From Burkholderiaceae bacterium (lineage in GTDB: Bacteria > Pseudomonadota > Gammaproteobacteria > Burkholderiales > Burkholderiaceae): 64,000 nt of DNA. Below, piece after piece: positions 62,794-64,000 of this stretch. The notes beneath the pieces are model-generated. The model made no database searches and was not told the origin of the DNA. It worked only from the letters and a program-made list of their open reading frames with translations. The DNA is taken from NCBI GenBank assembly GCA_023266335.1, contig JAHFQJ010000001.1, positions 17,364-81,363 of the forward strand, read 5' to 3'. The position numbers and the translations under genes are program-made. Numbering within the stretch: position 1 is the first letter of the stretch; each line of letters begins with the position of its first letter.

Positions 62794-63246
62794 TTAAATT
62801 TCAACGATCATTTCTATTTCAACGCATGCTCCTAATGGAATTTGACTAACCCCAAAGGCACTTCTTGCATGTTTTCCATTATCGCCAAATACCTGAACTA
62901 ATAACTCTGAACACCCGTTTGTGACTAAATGCTGTTCGGTAAAGCTTGATGATGAATTAACTAAACTCATTACCTTAACAATTTTTTTTACTTTATCTAG
63001 ATTGCCAAGATGCTGTTTTAAAGTTGCAATTAAATCAATAGCAATTAATCGAGCAGCTTGCTTGCCTTCTGCTGTAGTAAGATTTTCACCCAATTTACCA
63101 ACCCATACCATTCCATCTTTTTTAGCAAGATGACCCGATATAAATAACAAATTTCCAGTTTGATTTACCATAACATAAGATGCTGCTGGTGCAGATATAT
63201 TAGGTAATGTAATATTTAATTCTTGCAGTTTTTGTTCTATGTTCAT
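62794..63246 (-). CDS. RidA/YjgF-family protein
   Basis: About 150 aa from ATG 63246 (MNIEQKLQELNITLP...; the track ORF begins 17 codons upstream). ...LLFISGHLAKKDG... and C-terminal ...PLGACVEIEMIVEI fit the YjgF fold family. Confidence 0.7.
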   Translation of the reverse strand: MNIEQKLQELNITLPNISAPAASYVMVNQTGNLLFISGHLAKKDGMVWVGKLGENLTTAEGKQAARLIAIDLIATLKQHLGNLDKVKKIVKVMSLVNSSSSFTEQHLVTNGCSELLVQVFGDNGKHARSAFGVSQIPLGACVEIEMIVEI

Positions 63247-63395
63247 AATGTTAATTCCTTTGTTTTTAAATATTATACATAAATTTTGTTTGAACATTGC
63301 AGTTCAATATATAAACATGCTAACATGGCTAAGCCTTTGTTACCCATATGTAAATAAATAATATTTGAATTCCATCATATAAAATTCAGCTGAGT

Positions 63396-64000
63396 ATGTC
63401 TATATCCAATAATGAAACCTCCTCATTTATCGCCCGTTTGGCTGCATGTGCAGTATTGGTATTAGTCTGCTTTGCGTGTTTAGTAATCCGGCTTATCCAT
63501 CTTCAAATTATACATAAGGCAGATTACGAAGCAAAAGCAGAAGAAAACCGCATTTCATTGCTGCCGGTTGTGCCTAACCGAGGTTTAATTTTAGATAGAA
63601 ACGGTATTATATTAGCTAGAAATTATTCAACTTTTACTTTAGAAATTACACCAGGCAAAATTGAAAAAGCACTTGATAATATTATTCAAGATTTATCTCA
63701 TATTATTTATATTGAAAAAAAAGACATTAATAGATTTAATCGTTTGCTCCAAGATTCAAAAAAGATTGGCAGTTTTCCTATCCGTGCAAATTTAAATGAG
63801 CAAGAGATTGCAAAAATTGCAGTTATGCAGCCTAAATTAGCAGGCGTAGAAATAAAATCACGTATGATGAGAAACTATCCTTTAGAAGAATTAGGCTCGC
63901 ATATTATTGGGCATATTGGAAGAATTTCGCCTAAAGATGAAGAAAATCTGAATAAAATTAGTGATGATAATCTTGATGCAGATAATTATACCCCATTTAA
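63396..64000 (+). CDS. mrdA: penicillin-binding protein 2 (partial; N-terminal part)
   Basis: My own translation from ATG 63396 gives MSISNNETSSFIARLAACAVLVLVCFACLVIRLIHLQIIHKADYEAKAEENRISLLPVVPNRGLILDRNGIILARNY... This is a TM anchor plus the PBP dimerisation domain. The frame is open to the window end. Confidence 0.8.
   Translation, partial: MSISNNETSSFIARLAACAVLVLVCFACLVIRLIHLQIIHKADYEAKAEENRISLLPVVPNRGLILDRNGIILARNYSTFTLEITPGKIEKALDNIIQDLSHIIYIEKKDINRFNRLLQDSKKIGSFPIRANLNEQEIAKIAVMQPKLAGVEIKSRMMRNYPLEELGSHIIGHIGRISPKDEENLNKISDDNLDADNYTPF

Overview
This is a strongly AT-rich chromosomal segment (G+C judged by eye, not computed) from a Gram-negative proteobacterium. All family calls rest on motif recognition and recalled sequences; no database search was possible.

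Gene content looks beta/gamma-proteobacterial: ibaG-murA next to his genes, glnE, an AmgK-like kinase, skp-lpxD, a stand-alone metH N-terminal gene and a GspC-like protein. I can support about 55 protein genes, 3 tRNAs (Val-GAC, Ser-UGA, initiator Met-CAU) and two families of short dispersed intergenic repeats.

Most genes are housekeeping: lipA (partial), rep, dedA, ppsA, kdsA, skp-lpxD, thrS, hisB-hisH-hisA, murA, mutL-miaA, tilS, argF, fmt, glnE, rpsA, holA, azlCD, hemL, metK, ptsI, ridA and mrdA (partial).

The backbone looks scrambled. thrS has no infC, the his cluster is only hisBHA, skp-lpxD lacks fabZ-lpxA-lpxB, and the metH N-terminal module lacks its large partner. Small accessory insertions sit in the gaps:
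- **51.7-57.2 kb:** a three-gene cassette whose centre is a roughly 1,020-aa VirB4/IcmB(DotO)-class type IV secretion ATPase with no other T4SS genes nearby. It lies between metK and the metH N-terminal gene.
- **33.1-35.3 kb:** an M.HaeIII-like C5-cytosine methyltransferase plus a small stand-alone GIY-YIG nuclease, a candidate unconventional restriction-modification or defence pair.
- **17.5-20.8 kb:** a graveyard holding a RelE/Phd-type toxin-antitoxin pair with a palindromic operator, a membrane ORF, decayed ribbon-helix-helix and coupling-protein-like fragments, and a PD-(D/E)XK Rpn-type nuclease.
- **62.0-62.7 kb:** a protein built from near-identical 99-bp (33-aa) tandem repeats.

The decay, the repeats and the orphan secretion ATPase suggest a host-associated lifestyle. 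That is inference only.
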